From: Utricularia gibba
Lineage: Eukaryota; Plantae; Magnoliophyta
Assembly: GCA_002189035.1 (NCBI GenBank)
Contig: NEEC01000013.1
Coordinates: forward strand, 1 to 64,000
Reading direction: 5' to 3'
Length of the DNA: 64,000 nt
Both the position numbers and the translations under genes were made by a program. The notes under the pieces were generated by a model. The model was not told the origin of the DNA and searched no databases. It worked only from the letters and a program-made list of their open reading frames with translations. Shown here in pieces: positions 39,425 through 51,837 of the stretch; the stretch's first letter is position 1, and each line of letters begins with the position of its first letter.

Positions 39425-40580
39425 ATAGCTAGAGTATTTGTGAAATGAGGATATCAAAAATACGGATAAGCTGGCACACATTGAGTTCCCTAAACAGTTT
39501 AGGCAATGGTTCTCACAATTGATGTAATGAGATTACTAGAACCTATGTGTGAGTGTCGATTAGAGAATCGATTCACTGGATGACTCATCTTCGAGATGCT
39601 ACTATGGGAAGCTAACCAATTGTTAGTAGCAAGATCTCGAATATGACAGCCGTGCAAGTAAGCTTCGACTTGAGGTCAACAAAGTTATCTTGATCCTAAG
39701 CTCACATTTTCGCTCATTACTAAAGGGAGCCTAACCATGGCTTGCCTAGTATGGATGAGTAGGGATGTGACTCCTTAAGGTTGGAGATAGTTGATTGATC
39801 AATAAAGGATTCATCACTCATGTTAGTGATGAGATCATATCTCAAGTAAATGCATCAAAGCCTAACAGTAAGTCCTGGGCCCAAGGTAATGACACTCGAA
39901 TTGTTTGAGTAGGTCATTAAGTGTTAGTGTTTGCATGCAATTATAAGTTTGATACATCAGAAAGACACACACCCATGTTCTGGTATCGAATGAGATATAG
40001 GTATGATGAAAGTTGTTCATTGCATGGTAGCTGGTCATGTAAAGACTTAATCAGTTCACCTGATTATTCTTACATCTTGGGGATCATGATATGTTGCTAG
40101 ACATCACTCATGATCGATAATGATGGATTTGATTAATAAATCCATTATTACGGCCTTGATTGAAGAAGCCTATAGGGTCACATACAATAGTGAAGTCACT
40201 CATCGATATAAAATAGAATGACACAATTACATGAGATGTAATTGGTAAAGTGGATAAATTAAATAGAGAATTATTTTGAGATTAATATTCTTTAAACTCA
40301 AAATAAAAGATCTCATATAGGCGTTTTTCTCTACTAGCACCTGAGAAATTCAACCAGCATTCAAGACCCTTGAGAAGGTTATCGACGGAGTGCTCCACGT
40401 GTGGATACCATAGAGGCCGTCTGCTATTGGCGGTTGGTGAACAATGGAGTCATCTGAAAGGTACTTCGAACATCCCTATGTCTTATGTATACCGTATTCC
40501 AAGATCTGTGTTGGGTGTTTCTCAAAAGTTTTAAAATTCCACTGCTTTTGAGACATACGATGTCTACGAGAAACCCAGCA
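39425..40580 (+). repeat. Angela-type LTR, 5'-truncated with an internal deletion; probable 3' LTR of the host copia
   Basis: Homologous to 29435-30925 from CTAGAGTATTTGTGAAATGAGG onward; ends GAGAAACCCAGCA; lacks ~140 bp near 40320. Confidence 0.85.
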
Positions 40581-41236
40581 CTTTAAGGAGCATCCAGTCT
40601 GATTCTCTGTCATCACTTTGAATTTTCGGAAGATATGAGGAACTTCTGACTTGCTTTTCAGAAAGTAAACCCAACAATAACATGAATAATCATCAATGAA
40701 TGTAAAAAAATATCTACTCCCCCCCAATGAACATTCCTTAAATGGTCCACAAACATCTGTATGCACAAGCTGTAATTTCTCCTTTGCTACTGAATCACTG
40801 GAATAAAATGGCTTTCTACACTGTTTACCTTGATGGCACACTTCACATATGGCATTAGAAAACTTGATGTCTTTCAATTCCAGTACATCCTTATTCTTCT
40901 GCAATATTTTCAGATTGTTGAAGCTATAGTGCCCAAAACGTTTGTGCCAAAGGCTGCTTTGATCCTGAAGTGAGAAAATACAACTTTTATGATCACTGAC
41001 CGTGATTTGGTAGAGGTTGTAGGTGGTCAACACAGCATGGAATTCAATCTTCGTTTTTGGATAGGCAACCTTAACTTTAGTGGTTATACCACTAGCATCC
41101 TTCATCAGCTCAATGTCAAAACCTTGCCTGCTCAATTGGACAAAGCTCAACAGGTTCCTTTTGAGGTTTGGTGAATAATAAACATCATCAACTTGAACAA
41201 TTCCTTCTTTTAGCAAGAGTAAACTCCAGCAATGGA
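40581..41236 (-). pseudogene. pol: Ty1/copia pol fragment (end of protease region, GAG-pre-integrase, start of integrase core), different lineage from Angela
   Basis: ORF 40476..41342: DVYYSPNLKRNLLS, LWHKRFGH, CEVCHQGKQ, LVHTDVCGP, YFLKSKSE, ENQTGCSLK, then cut by the Angela LTR. Confidence 0.88.
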
Positions 41237-42028
41237 TGTCGTAGACCATAACATCAACCCCTCCTAATTGAGAGTTACGTAATACCTCTCTAATGATCAT
41301 GGTTATGTATGAAATCAATACAGGATGGCTATGTGGACCCACACTCCTAGCAACATGGTTTTAACCATGGGATTCATGGCTAAATATGTCAGACATGTCT
41401 GAGGCATCCCTATGGGATAAGCCAGTCAAGAAACACCAGGGAACATGTTTTATGCATGCTATGGTCTAAGTTTAGAGGTGGTGTTCGGTTAGTGGCTCTT
41501 CTAAACACTACTAAAGGACTTAGGCAATACATGACATTTTTCCTAAGATCTGGAGGTGATGCCTAAGCTCAAGGGTTAAGGGGATTGGGCAAAGATAGAC
41601 AATGGGACTCACTACTTGGATATGTGCTTGACTTTGAGTCTTTATGCTCAAACACTTTTTCTTCACTTCATTCATGTTTATATTTAATCAAAATTCAGTA
41701 GCATGACCACTCTATGTTTTAACTTATTCCAGGTGTAGGGGGGAATGGCGGAAGGTCTGGTGATCAACCAAAGTAGGAGTTTAGCTGTAGAAGTTGTGGT
41801 AGATCAAAAATAGCTCTTGGAACCTTAACTACGTTGTGAGGAAAATGCTTAGTAGGCTGGACATCGTTCCTTTTGCATGTTTGAACAGTTGTGACTTAAT
41901 ATACATGTAGCCATCTTAACGATATTTCTCCATGTTACCAAGGGGTTAAGTCGCCTAGAGTCCTAACGTTTGATGGGACTTGGCAGTCATGCCTCATGCC
42001 TCTTGAGCCTTGGGCATGGGTCCTGACA
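41237..42028. mobile_element. Probable solo or recombinant LTR (~790 bp) of unknown family
   Basis: Bounded by TGTCG...TGACA (TGTC/GACA inverted ends); the right end GGGTCCTGACA resembles gypsy LTR termini; no ORF. Flanks (ATGGA / AGCAG) are not a TSD. Confidence 0.4.
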
Positions 42029-43077
42029 AGCAGCATGCTCAATCAGATGATGGTCAAGGCACTAGGATACAAAACACACTCACGTGTTGTGCACACAGCT
42101 TTACCTATTGCTTAACCAAGTGATCTCTCTATCTTTGTGTGCTGTTGGAGAAAAGCCATCTGGAGGTCAAGCATTCGAGTGGCGAAAGGGATAAAGTATG
42201 CATGTTGCGAGGCGTGATCAACTTCCTAAGCAATACCAATTACCTATGGTTAGGTAGTGCTTCCCTATTTGACGAAACGAATGTGGGGTGTGGGAGCTGA
42301 GCGGGATATCTGTAGACTCATCTAAGGAAGAGGTTGAGAGGTTAAGCTTGATGGATTACGAGGAATGTTATCATCTTCTTTGCAAAGCCTAGTGGGAAAA
42401 TGGAATTTCGCACCAGGAGTGGATGCCATGAGGGTCGAATTCCTAAGAGGAAGTGTTCGTGTATTCCGTGAGCCTTGTGGATTTGAGGGACAAGTGGTCG
42501 GTGGTCAAGTTATGGGCTTGGGGTTAGGATTCTTGGCACTCTAGATCCACGATCAATATGTTCTTCAATGCTCTACGACTCACTTGTCATTGAATCATGT
42601 CCACTCAATAATTGCTTACGTGGCTCGCAACGTATTTTTGTTAAAGATGGTATCTTGTAAACTGCATGGTTGAAGGTTTTTTCCTCTCAAAGATATAGTG
42701 GCATGCCCACTTTGGTGTCCAAACATTTTGGAGAGTAGGGTGGGAGTCATCTAAAGGTTGGATAGCACATCCACACCGTACCTACTCCATAAGGTGAAAT
42801 CAAAATTTTTAATATTTCCATCACACGTTGTTGGAGATCGGTGAAGTGCGTGGAGGCTCCTTGGCCACATTCTAATATTTATTGGATGTTGGCTGAGTTT
42901 GTTGCACCACATAACACCCTCAAACAAGTCCCGATGATGCACCAAGATCCACTATAGAGTGAACTCATGAATCCTTTGCGTGCGTCTCACCATGTTACCA
43001 TGGAACATCCTAAGAGAAAGAACCGGGATACACTAAGCAGTATGGGATCCTGTTGGTGTTATAACCCAAGTCGTTGC
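42029..43077 (+). repeat. Diverged satellite monomer (~1.48-kb type), left part
   Basis: Colinear with the array monomer from AGCAGCATGCTCAATCAG to GGGATCCTGTTGGTGTTATAACCC; carries a 127-bp block (42238-42364) missing from the array monomer. Confidence 0.9.
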
Positions 43078-43714
43078 TGATGTGACCCTCAAATCCAAAG
43101 AGATTAGCAACCGACGAACAAAAGGTGATTTAGAAGCTTAGAAAGGAATGCACCCAAGTGTACCCTCAAGAGAATGAATCTTTTGCAACCAGACTTTAAA
43201 AGAAATAGAATTTAGGAGCCACACTTTAGAAGGAGAAGGAAATGGAAGCGATAATCCTAGGACACCACAAGCTCGAAGCTTGTTAAGTCAAGAGTGTTCA
43301 AGCACTCAAAGAAGAGGAAAATCCTCTCAAGATACATGAAAATGAACTAAAAGTCCTTCAAAGAGTACATGCCTAGAGTATTTATACTCTAGAATTGGGC
43401 TATAACATTACAAAGCCCAAACTTAATAACAAGGAAAGGCCTTGCAAGTCCAAGAACACACATAAAGCATGAGGAGATGTTTTGGGCTCTAAGGTATATG
43501 TAGAGTCCAATAGTTGAACTCCTTTAATGGAAATACTTCAGGCCCAATGTTGATTCCAATAGTGTTGAGTAGAGCCTTAAGATTAGCTTCAACCATCTTG
43601 CTCTTACTTCTTGTAATTGGTCCTAGTGGAATGATCTTTGTCTCTAATGTGTTCACTTGCACATCATCCTCATCATTCCTTAAATATGCTTCATTAGCTT
43701 CTTGGGGCTCATTT
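43078..43714 (-). repeat. CRM-2 3' LTR
   Basis: Begins TGATGTGACCCTC on + (reverse of GAGGGTCACATCA); adjacent pyrimidine tract CCCCCCCTTCTTT is the PPT on the minus strand. Confidence 0.85.
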
Positions 43715-46590
43715 TACCCCCCCTTCTTTAGAAAGATTCGTCCCTGAATCTATATCCATTTGGAAAAGAGACAAATCAGCAACATTGAAAGTTAAATGAA
43801 TAGAATACTCACCTAGTAAATCTAGCTTGTATGCATTATCATTCACGCTCTCAACAACTTGGAAAGGGCCATCTCCACGAGGTAGGAGTTTTGACTTCCT
43901 CTTGGTTGGAAATCTCTCTTTCCTGAGATGAAGCCAAACCCAATCTCCAGGTTCAAATACAACTTTCGTCTCCCCTTGTTTGATGTTGATGCATACTTTG
44001 TGTTATTAGATTCAATCTGTTGTTTCACCTTCTCATGCAATCTTCTGATTGCTTCAGCATGTTTCTTCCCATCTAAACTAACTTTCTCATCACAAGGCAA
44101 AGGCAATATATCCAAAGATGTAAGAGGATTAAAGCTATAAACCACGTCAAATGGGGATAATTTAGTAGTGAGATGCATGGTTCTATTGTAAGCGAACTCA
44201 ACAAGTGGCAAACATCCTCCCATGTCTTAAGATATCATTTAATCATCATCCTAAGTAAGGTAGAAAGTGTGCGATTTGTTACCTCTATTTGGCCATCAGT
44301 TTGAGGGTGACATGCTGTTGAGTACAACAGCTTAGTGCCAAGTTTACTCCAGTGAACTCTCCAAAAGTGACTGGGAAATCTTGCATCTCGATCAGAGACA
44401 ATAGTAAGGGGCATACCATGAAGTCTAACAACTTCCCTAAAGAAGAGATCAGCCACATGAGATGCATCATCAGTTTTGTGACAACGGATAAAGTGTGCCA
44501 TCTTTGAAAATCTGTCCACAACAACAAAAATTGAATCTCTACCCCTTTGGGTACGAGGTAAGCCTAAAACAAAATCCATATAAATGTCCACCCATGGCTG
44601 AGAAGGAGTAGGGAGTGGAGTATACAAACCATTAAGGGCAGTGGTTGATTTAGCCTTATTACAAGAGATACATCTAGCACAAATTCTTTCAACATCCCTT
44701 CTCATGTGTGGCCAAAAGAAATGTTGGGTGAGAGTATCAAGAGTCTTCTTAACACCAAAATGTCCCATTAATCCACCACCATGAGCTTCCCTAACAACCA
44801 AATCACATATGGAACAACAAGGAATGCACAACCTATTTTTCCTATAAAGAAAACCATCTTTCATAAAGAATAGTCCAAATTTAGCAAGTTCACATACCTT
44901 ATAAATGTCTCCAAAATCGTGATCATTAGCATATAAGTCAATATGCTAGCAAATCCAAGAATTCTTGCATCAAGATTAGCTAAAAGAGTATACCTTCGAG
45001 ATAAAGCATCAGCTACCACATTCTCTTTTCCTTTTTTGTATTTGATCACTTATGGGAATGTGTCAATGAATTCCACCCACTTAGCATGTCTTCTATTCAG
45101 CTTTCCTTGACCTTTCAGATGTTTGAGGGACTCATTATCAGTGTGTATGACGAACTCCTTAGGCCACAAATAGTGCTGCCATGTCTCTAAAGCCCTAACC
45201 AATGCATACAACTCCTTGTCATACATTGGATAGTTGAGGGTGGCACTATGAAGCTTCTCACTAAAATAAGCAAGTGGACATCCATTTTGCATCAATACAG
45301 CACCAATGCCTAAACCTGATGCATCACATTCAATTTCAAAAGTATCAAACAAATTTGGAAGTGCTAGGAGAGGTGTTGAGCAAAGCTTGTCCTTGAGTTG
45401 TTGGAAGGTATGTTCCTACTCGTCTCCTCAATGAAATGGATGATTTTTCTTGATCAATTGAGTGAGTGGTGTTGCTATAGAGCTGAAATCCTTAAAAAAC
45501 CGTCTATAGAAACTCGCTAAGCCATCGAAACTCCTAACTTCACCAACTGATGTAGGTGTTGGCCATTGCGTAATTGCTCTCACTTTCTCTTCATCCATAG
45601 CTACTCCTGCATCACTTACAACATATCCAAGAAAAGAGACACTATTCATGCAAAAGGCACACTTATTGATGTTAGCAAACAACTTTTCTTTTCTAAGAGT
45701 ATCTAACACATTCTTCAAATGTCCTACATGTTCCTGAAGACTCTTGCTATAGATCAGAATATCATCAAAATAGACAACTACGAATCTAGCTATAAAGGCC
45801 TAAGAACGTGATTCATCAATCTCATAAAGGTGCTAAAAGCATTAGTCAAACCAAAAGGCATAACAACCTACTCATACAAACCAAACTTAGTTTTAAAAGC
45901 GAGTTTCCACTCATCACCTTCCTTCATTCTAATATGATGATATCCACTTCTCAAATAAATCTTAGTAAAAACACAAGCACCATGCAATTCATCAAGCATA
46001 TCTTCAAGTCTAGGGCTAGGATGTCTATACTTCATTGTGATGTTGTTGATGGTGTGACAATCAGTGCATATCCGCCAAGTTCCATCATACTTAGGAACTA
46101 ATAACACCGGCACAGCACAAGGGCTCATGCTGTCATGCACAAATCCTCTAGACATCAATTCCTCAACTTACTTTTGTATTTCCTTCGTCTCCTCTATATT
46201 GGTTTGGTATGCTAGTCGGTTTGGGAGCTGTGCTCTAGGCACAAGGTCAATTTGGTGCTCAATCCCTCTAATTGGAGTTAATCCTTGAAGTTCTTCTGGA
46301 AATACATCTTCATATACCTGTAAGAGAGACATAATACAAGATGGAATGGGTGGAGCATTGTTAGGTAAATTAGGAACTTCATCCTTGTACATAAGTAGAA
46401 GGAATGGTTGCCTAGCATGAAGTGAGTGTCTAATCTCACTTGGGCTTGCTAAGAGATTCTCATTCTTTCTTTCAATTTCTAACACTCTCATGTTTTCACT
46501 TTATGTTTTGCACTCATTGTCACCCCTTTGCCCACTCAATTACTTCCCATCTCTTCTTTTCACTCATTTTTACTCCACTCTCTTTTTGCT
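43715..46590 (-). pseudogene. pol: CRM-2 linker-RT-RNase H-integrase, multiple stops and frameshifts
   Basis: ORF fragments 46168..46491, 45868..46158, 45428..45718, 45050..45352, 44235..44864 and 43843..44223 align with CRM-1 pol. Confidence 0.92.
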
Positions 46591-46595
46591 CTTCC

Positions 46596-47754
46596 CATAT
46601 CAAATCATATCTTCATCAAGATCTTATCTTGTGGAGACATGTATATGTTCCAAATTATATCTACATGAGATCTTTTATTTTGATTTTAATCAGTATTAAT
46701 CTCAAAATATCTCTCTATTTAATTTATCCACTTTACCAATTACATCTCATTTAATTGTGTCATTCTATTTTATATCGATGAGTGACTTCACTATTGTATG
46801 TGACCCTATAGGCATCTTCAATCAAGGCCGTAATAATGGATTTATTAATTAACTCTTAATTAATCAAATCCATCATTATCGATCATGAGTGATGTCTAGC
46901 AACATATCATGATCCCCAAGATGTTAGAATAATCAGGTGAACTGATTGAGTCTTTCCATTACCAGCCACCATTCAATGAACAGCTTTCATCATACCTATA
47001 TCTCATTCGATACCAGAACATGGGTGTGTGTCTTTCTGATGTATCAAACTTATAATTGCATGCAAGCACTAACACTCAATGACCTACTCAAACAATTCGA
47101 GTGTCATTACCCTGGGCCCAAGACTTACTGTTAGGCTTTTATGCAATTACTTGAGATATGATCTCATTGCTAACATGAGTGATACATCCTTTATTGATCA
47201 ATCAACTATCTCCAACCTTAAGGAGACACATCCCTACTCATCCATACTAGGCAAGTCATGGTTACGCTCCCATTAGTAATGTGCGAAAATTTCAGCTTAA
47301 GATCAAGATATCTTTGTTGACCTCAAGTCTAAGCTTACTTGCACGGCTGTCATATTCAAGATCTTGCTACTAACACTTGGTTAGCTTTCCATAGTAGCAT
47401 CTCGAAGATGAGTCATCCAGTGAATCGATTCTCTAATCGACACTCACACATAGGTTCTAGTAATCTCATTACATCAATTGTGAGAACCATTGCCTAAACT
47501 GTTTAGGGAACTCAATGTGTGCCAGCTTATCCGTATTTTTGATATCCTCATTTCACAAATACTCTAGCTAGGGAGATTTAACTTGATCATGAGTGCTTGA
47601 AGAATCTCACATTATGATCTCATCATAATTTCTATAGCACATAGATCAAGTAGAGGATTTTATCAATGATATAAATTCGATTACAATTCAAAGTAAATAT
47701 CAAAAGATAAGATTTTCCAATGAGTTGATTGTCTCTAGAACATATACACTAATA
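46596..47754 (-). mobile_element. Angela-type LTR, 3'-truncated, inside CRM-2 gag
   Basis: Reverse complement of 29435-~30590; 5' end GATTGTCTCTAGAACATATACACTAATA abuts the gag codons EDMIHMA. The other end is fused to the CRM PR-RT linker; no TSD. Confidence 0.88.
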
Positions 47755-48646
47755 GCCATATGAATCATGTCCTCCATCTCAATGTAGTGATGAAGCTCCA
47801 CAATATTTACAATCTCCTTATTCATCTCATGAAGGAACCTTGCCATAGTTGCTTCCCTATCTTCATGAAGATTGGCTCTAATCATCAAGATCTCCATTTC
47901 CTGCCAATATTCCTCCACTGACCTGGAGCCCTTCTTGAGATTCTGCAAACGTTGATAAACATCTCTTTGGTAATGATTTGGAACAAATCGCCTCCTCATG
48001 ACTCTTTTCATCTCAGCCCAAGTATGAATTGGTTCTTCAGAGTCAATCCTTCTTTTAGCCACCAATTGATCCCACCAAATTACTGCATAATCACTGAATT
48101 CCATGAAAGCCAATCTGACTTTCTTTTCTTCAGAGAAGTTGTTGCAATCAAAAACATGTTCTACTCTTGTTTCCCATTGGAGATATGCATCTACATCATT
48201 CTTTCCTTGAAATTGAGGTATCTTCATCTTGATGTTGTTAACATCCTTTTCAATTTTTCCTTCATCTCTTCTACCTTCTTGATATCGAAATCTTCTTGTA
48301 TCCCATGTACAAAATCATTTTCAGCATGTTCGAGTTAGTCATCTTCTTCATCCTCATTCAGGATTGGATCTCTTCTTCCAACGGTCCTTTCACTTCCTTG
48401 ATCATTGAAATCATGTTCAGTATCAATGCGTTGAGGCATTTAAACACCTTGACCCCTTCTGGTAGCATAATTATTTCGTCCTTGGGCTCTTGCAACATTT
48501 TGTAGAGAGTTTTCGTATTCATCCAGCTTGACATTAATATTTTCTAGAATGCGATGCAATCTTGCAAATTCTTGTTGCATAGCTCTCAAAGTGAACCTCT
48601 CATCCGATGAGTCATCCTTTTCATGCTCACTTCTTGAATTTGACAT
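47755..48646 (-). pseudogene. gag: CRM-2 gag (N-terminal part)
   Basis: [20 protein letters not shown] (ATG ~48646) and ORF 47700..48227 ([10 protein letters not shown]...EDMIHMA) nearly match CRM-1 gag. Confidence 0.9.
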
Positions 48647-49452
48647 TCTAAACAGAAGACAAAAGAAACGAGCAACAAAAGAAAGAAAAGAGAATAAAGT
48701 GAAAGAACAAAGAAACACACACAAGGTTTACCAATCAATCCGCAAGCTTCAAGTCCTTGATGCACTCTATAACATCATCATGCTTGGCCTCATGGGGTCT
48801 CAAGAATTAATCACTTCCAGATTGGTATTGATTATGGTGTTATGATGGGGTTAGGTAAGGGTGGTAGTGTTAATTGTCTCTAGATAGAGACAAAGGGGGA
48901 TTGGTTGAATTATGTTGGTTGCTTGTTGCAATAGATAAATAGGAGGGATGGACAACAAGGTAAGAACAGATGAAAACAAAGGAATGAGCACTACACACGA
49001 AATATGTTGCTTGTGAAATTGTAGAAATACAGGAATGGGCAATCAACAAAGAGAATAGTCAAATGGAATGGTAGGGACAAGTAAATGACAGGGGAAGGGG
49101 ATTGAAGATAAGAAAAACAACAATAAAGTGGTTGCTTGGTGGAATGGGAAAAGTAGAGAGGTGGGTCACAAATAAACATATACAATAATGGATGATAGTG
49201 ATGGGTGAACGATGTTCACCTTCACACTCATTCTCTTCTTACACCCTTGAAGTTGATATTCAAGGTGTTCTTGCTATTCAATCGAAACTCAATTTCGAGC
49301 TCTTCTTGAATCAACTTCCTGTGCACCCTTTTTTTTTTGTGCCAAAGCCAAAAGTACGAAGACGAACGTGGATTGAATTTTCTTTTTCTCAATAAGCAAG
49401 AACAGAAGAACTAAAACAAGAACAGGATACTATTAAGGAGAAGGAACCCAAA

Positions 49453-49464
49453 GCTCTGATACCA
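49453..49464 (-). promoter_or_regulatory. Primer-binding site of CRM-2
   Basis: GCTCTGATACCA on + (TGGTATCAGAGC on -), 2 nt from the 5' LTR. Confidence 0.9.
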
Positions 49465-49466
49465 AA

Positions 49467-50047
49467 TGATGTGACCCTCTAATCTAAAGAGATTAGCAAC
49501 CCACGAATAAGAGGTGATTTAGAAGCTTTTGAAAGAAAGGGAATTTAGGAGCCACACTTAAGAAGGAGAAGAAAATGGAAATGATAATCCTAGGACACCA
49601 CAAGCTCGAAGCTTAATAAGTCAAGAGTGTTCAAGCACTCAAAGAAGAGGAAAATCCTCACAAGATACATCAAAATGAACTAAAAGTCCTTCAAATAGTA
49701 CATGTCTAGAGTATTTATACTCTAGAATTGAGCTAGCACATTACAAAGCCCAAACTAAATAACAAGGAAAGGCCTAGCAAGTCCAAGAATACATGTGAAG
49801 CAAGAGGAGATGTTTTGGGCTCTAAGGTATATGTAGACTCCAATAATTGAACTCCTTTAATGGAAATACTTCAGGCCCAATGTTGATTCTAATAGTGTTG
49901 AGTAGAGCCTTAAGATTAGCTTCAACCATCTTGCTCTTACTTCTTGTAATTGGTCCCGGTGGAATGATCTTTGTCTCTAATGTGTTCACTTGCACATCAT
50001 CCTCATCGTCCCTTAAATACTCTTCATTAGCTTCTTGGGGCTCATCA
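49467..50047 (-). repeat. CRM-2 5' LTR
   Basis: TGATGTGACCCTC...GGGGCTCATCA; ~56 bp shorter than the 3' LTR near 49530. Confidence 0.9.
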
Positions 50048-50564
50048 ATTGCTCAAGGTGTACCCACTTGGTATCATTTGATGATAAATGAATTGTGAAG
50101 TACTTGGTTAGAGGCCATCGAATGGACTTTATGGTGCTTTGGACTTGCACATTAGTGCTGGTCTAATCTCCACGCATCTCCATGTATTTAAACGGCAGCA
50201 ACAATAGGCCACCGGTCTCATTCTCCGGTTCATTCGTTAAGAAGTCCAAAACACCTCCACATATCGATAAAGTTAGCGAGATCTGTCCAGCAATGGATGA
50301 AAAAGAGGAGCTAGTGCGCATGGATGTGAACACCTTGAAGAGCATAGGAGTTCGACAATAGAGACCAGCCATGGGTAGAATGGTGTCTATGCTTGAAAGA
50401 AGACGACCACCCATTGTACTTTGTACGTTGCATCGCACCTGTTTGAAAGAGAGGATGGAAATGTGGCCACACTAGTAAAGGTGCACGAGCAACATGCTCT
50501 ATCAGATGATGGTCAAGGCATTAGGATACGGGACACACTCGCGTGTTGCGCACACATGACTTCA
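50048..50564 (+). repeat. Diverged satellite monomer, right part (continues 43077)
   Basis: ATTGCTCAAGGTGTACCCACTTGG...GTGAAGTACTTGGTTAGAG...GCGTGTTGCGCACAC is colinear with the array monomer. Confidence 0.9.
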
Positions 50565-51131
50565 TGATGAAATCATGGATGTTACTGATGATAACAATGA
50601 AGATAAAGGACAGAAGATCAATAACCCTCCATTGATTTCAATTGGGTCAATCACTAGATAAAGAGCACGAAAGAATCAAGAAGCGCTTAAGGGCTTATGG
50701 GCCAATCAACAAAGCTTTGAGATGTTTGTCATGGAATTTAACCTTTTTAAAGTAGACCAATTTGATTAGAGGAGCCCATTAGTCTCAAGTACATTATTAC
50801 TACTTTTCTATGAGGAGGCCCAATACTTCATCTATATAAGAAGTGTCTTACTCTTGTTTGGAACAACTTTGATAGTAATCACTTTTGAGAGCACTTCTCC
50901 TTCCTTGAGTTCTTGTAGAACTTAGACTTATCAAGCCTTGTTTGTGGTGTCTAGTGTGTGGTTTACCACTCCCAATTCCTTCTCTAATTCTGTGAGTGTG
51001 ATACCATTTTATAGTTTGGGTTGCAAGGATCTTTCAATCCTTGAGGGCCAACTTCTTTTTCGTGAGGGATTGCTTCTTTTCAACCAATATCTGGTTTGCC
51101 AATCACTTGTTGATTGGAGGGTCGTATCAGG

Positions 51132-51143
51132 TGGTATCAGAGC
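51132..51143 (+). promoter_or_regulatory. Primer-binding site of CRM-3
   Basis: TGGTATCAGAGC 2 nt after the LTR end TATCA. Confidence 0.88.
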
Positions 51144-51837
51144 GAATCTTTTTCTTCTCTATATCCTATCTATCTTGTTGTTGTTTCGTTCCAAAGAAAT
51201 GAAACAAAAAAAAACCCAGATCTATCTTGATTTGCTTAACTTATCTTTTGCTTCTCTCTTCCTCTGAAAAAAAAACAAAGGAGGGGTTCCTTATCTTTGT
51301 TTGTTCCATCCTATTCTTCTGGATTGGTGCAAAAAGAAAAAAAACGTGTTAAAGGGAGAAAGAAGGTTAGAAACTTGATTCCATTGAATTTTCTACTTCC
51401 TAGATAAAAGAAAAGTAAAAAAAGAAGATTAGCTACTTGAATCCATTGAATCTTCTAGTTACCAAACAAAAGAAAAGTCAATATTGTACAACTTTGTCTA
51501 TTGTCACACTTACATTCCATTTTAACTCTTTTCAATTGTCTACCAACCTCTTTTGTACTAATCACAACAAGTTACATTCTATCCTTCCATTCCTACTCTT
51601 ACTTAATCATAATTACTATTACCATCACCAAGTCCTATATTACTCATTTGCTTATTTGACTCATTACTCTAGCCACCCTTATCTCTTTGAACCACACTTA
51701 GATTGATCATTTAAGGTTTATTGAGTCTTAAAGTTCAAGAGGACTTGAGGTTTAGAAATTCTCTCCTTCTGTTACTTCTATCTTTCTTTCGTTGTTCTCT
51801 TTCCTTCGTTTTGTCTACACTTTTCTCTTGTAGTAGA

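Larger units (their letters stand above)
27286..40580 (+). mobile_element. Ty1/copia LTR retrotransposon, Angela-like lineage; 5' LTR missing, RNase H largely deleted, two nested insertions
   Basis: Domain order gag-PR-INT-RT (LRSILESNKLVGSNFIDW; CFHCGKSGHWKRNC; WVLDSGC; DVCGP; YVDDI). Ends in an LTR terminating ...GAGAAACCCAGCA (40580). No PBS or 5' LTR seen upstream of gag; left boundary approximate. Confidence 0.85.
43078..50047 (-). mobile_element. Older CRM element CRM-2 (same family as CRM-1), degenerate, inserted in a satellite monomer
   Basis: LTRs 43078-43714 and 49467-50047 homologous to CRM-1 LTRs; PBS at 49453-49464; polypurine tract just right of 43714; near-perfect TSD GTTGC/ATTGC; fragmented gag and pol ORFs. 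Confidence 0.92.
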
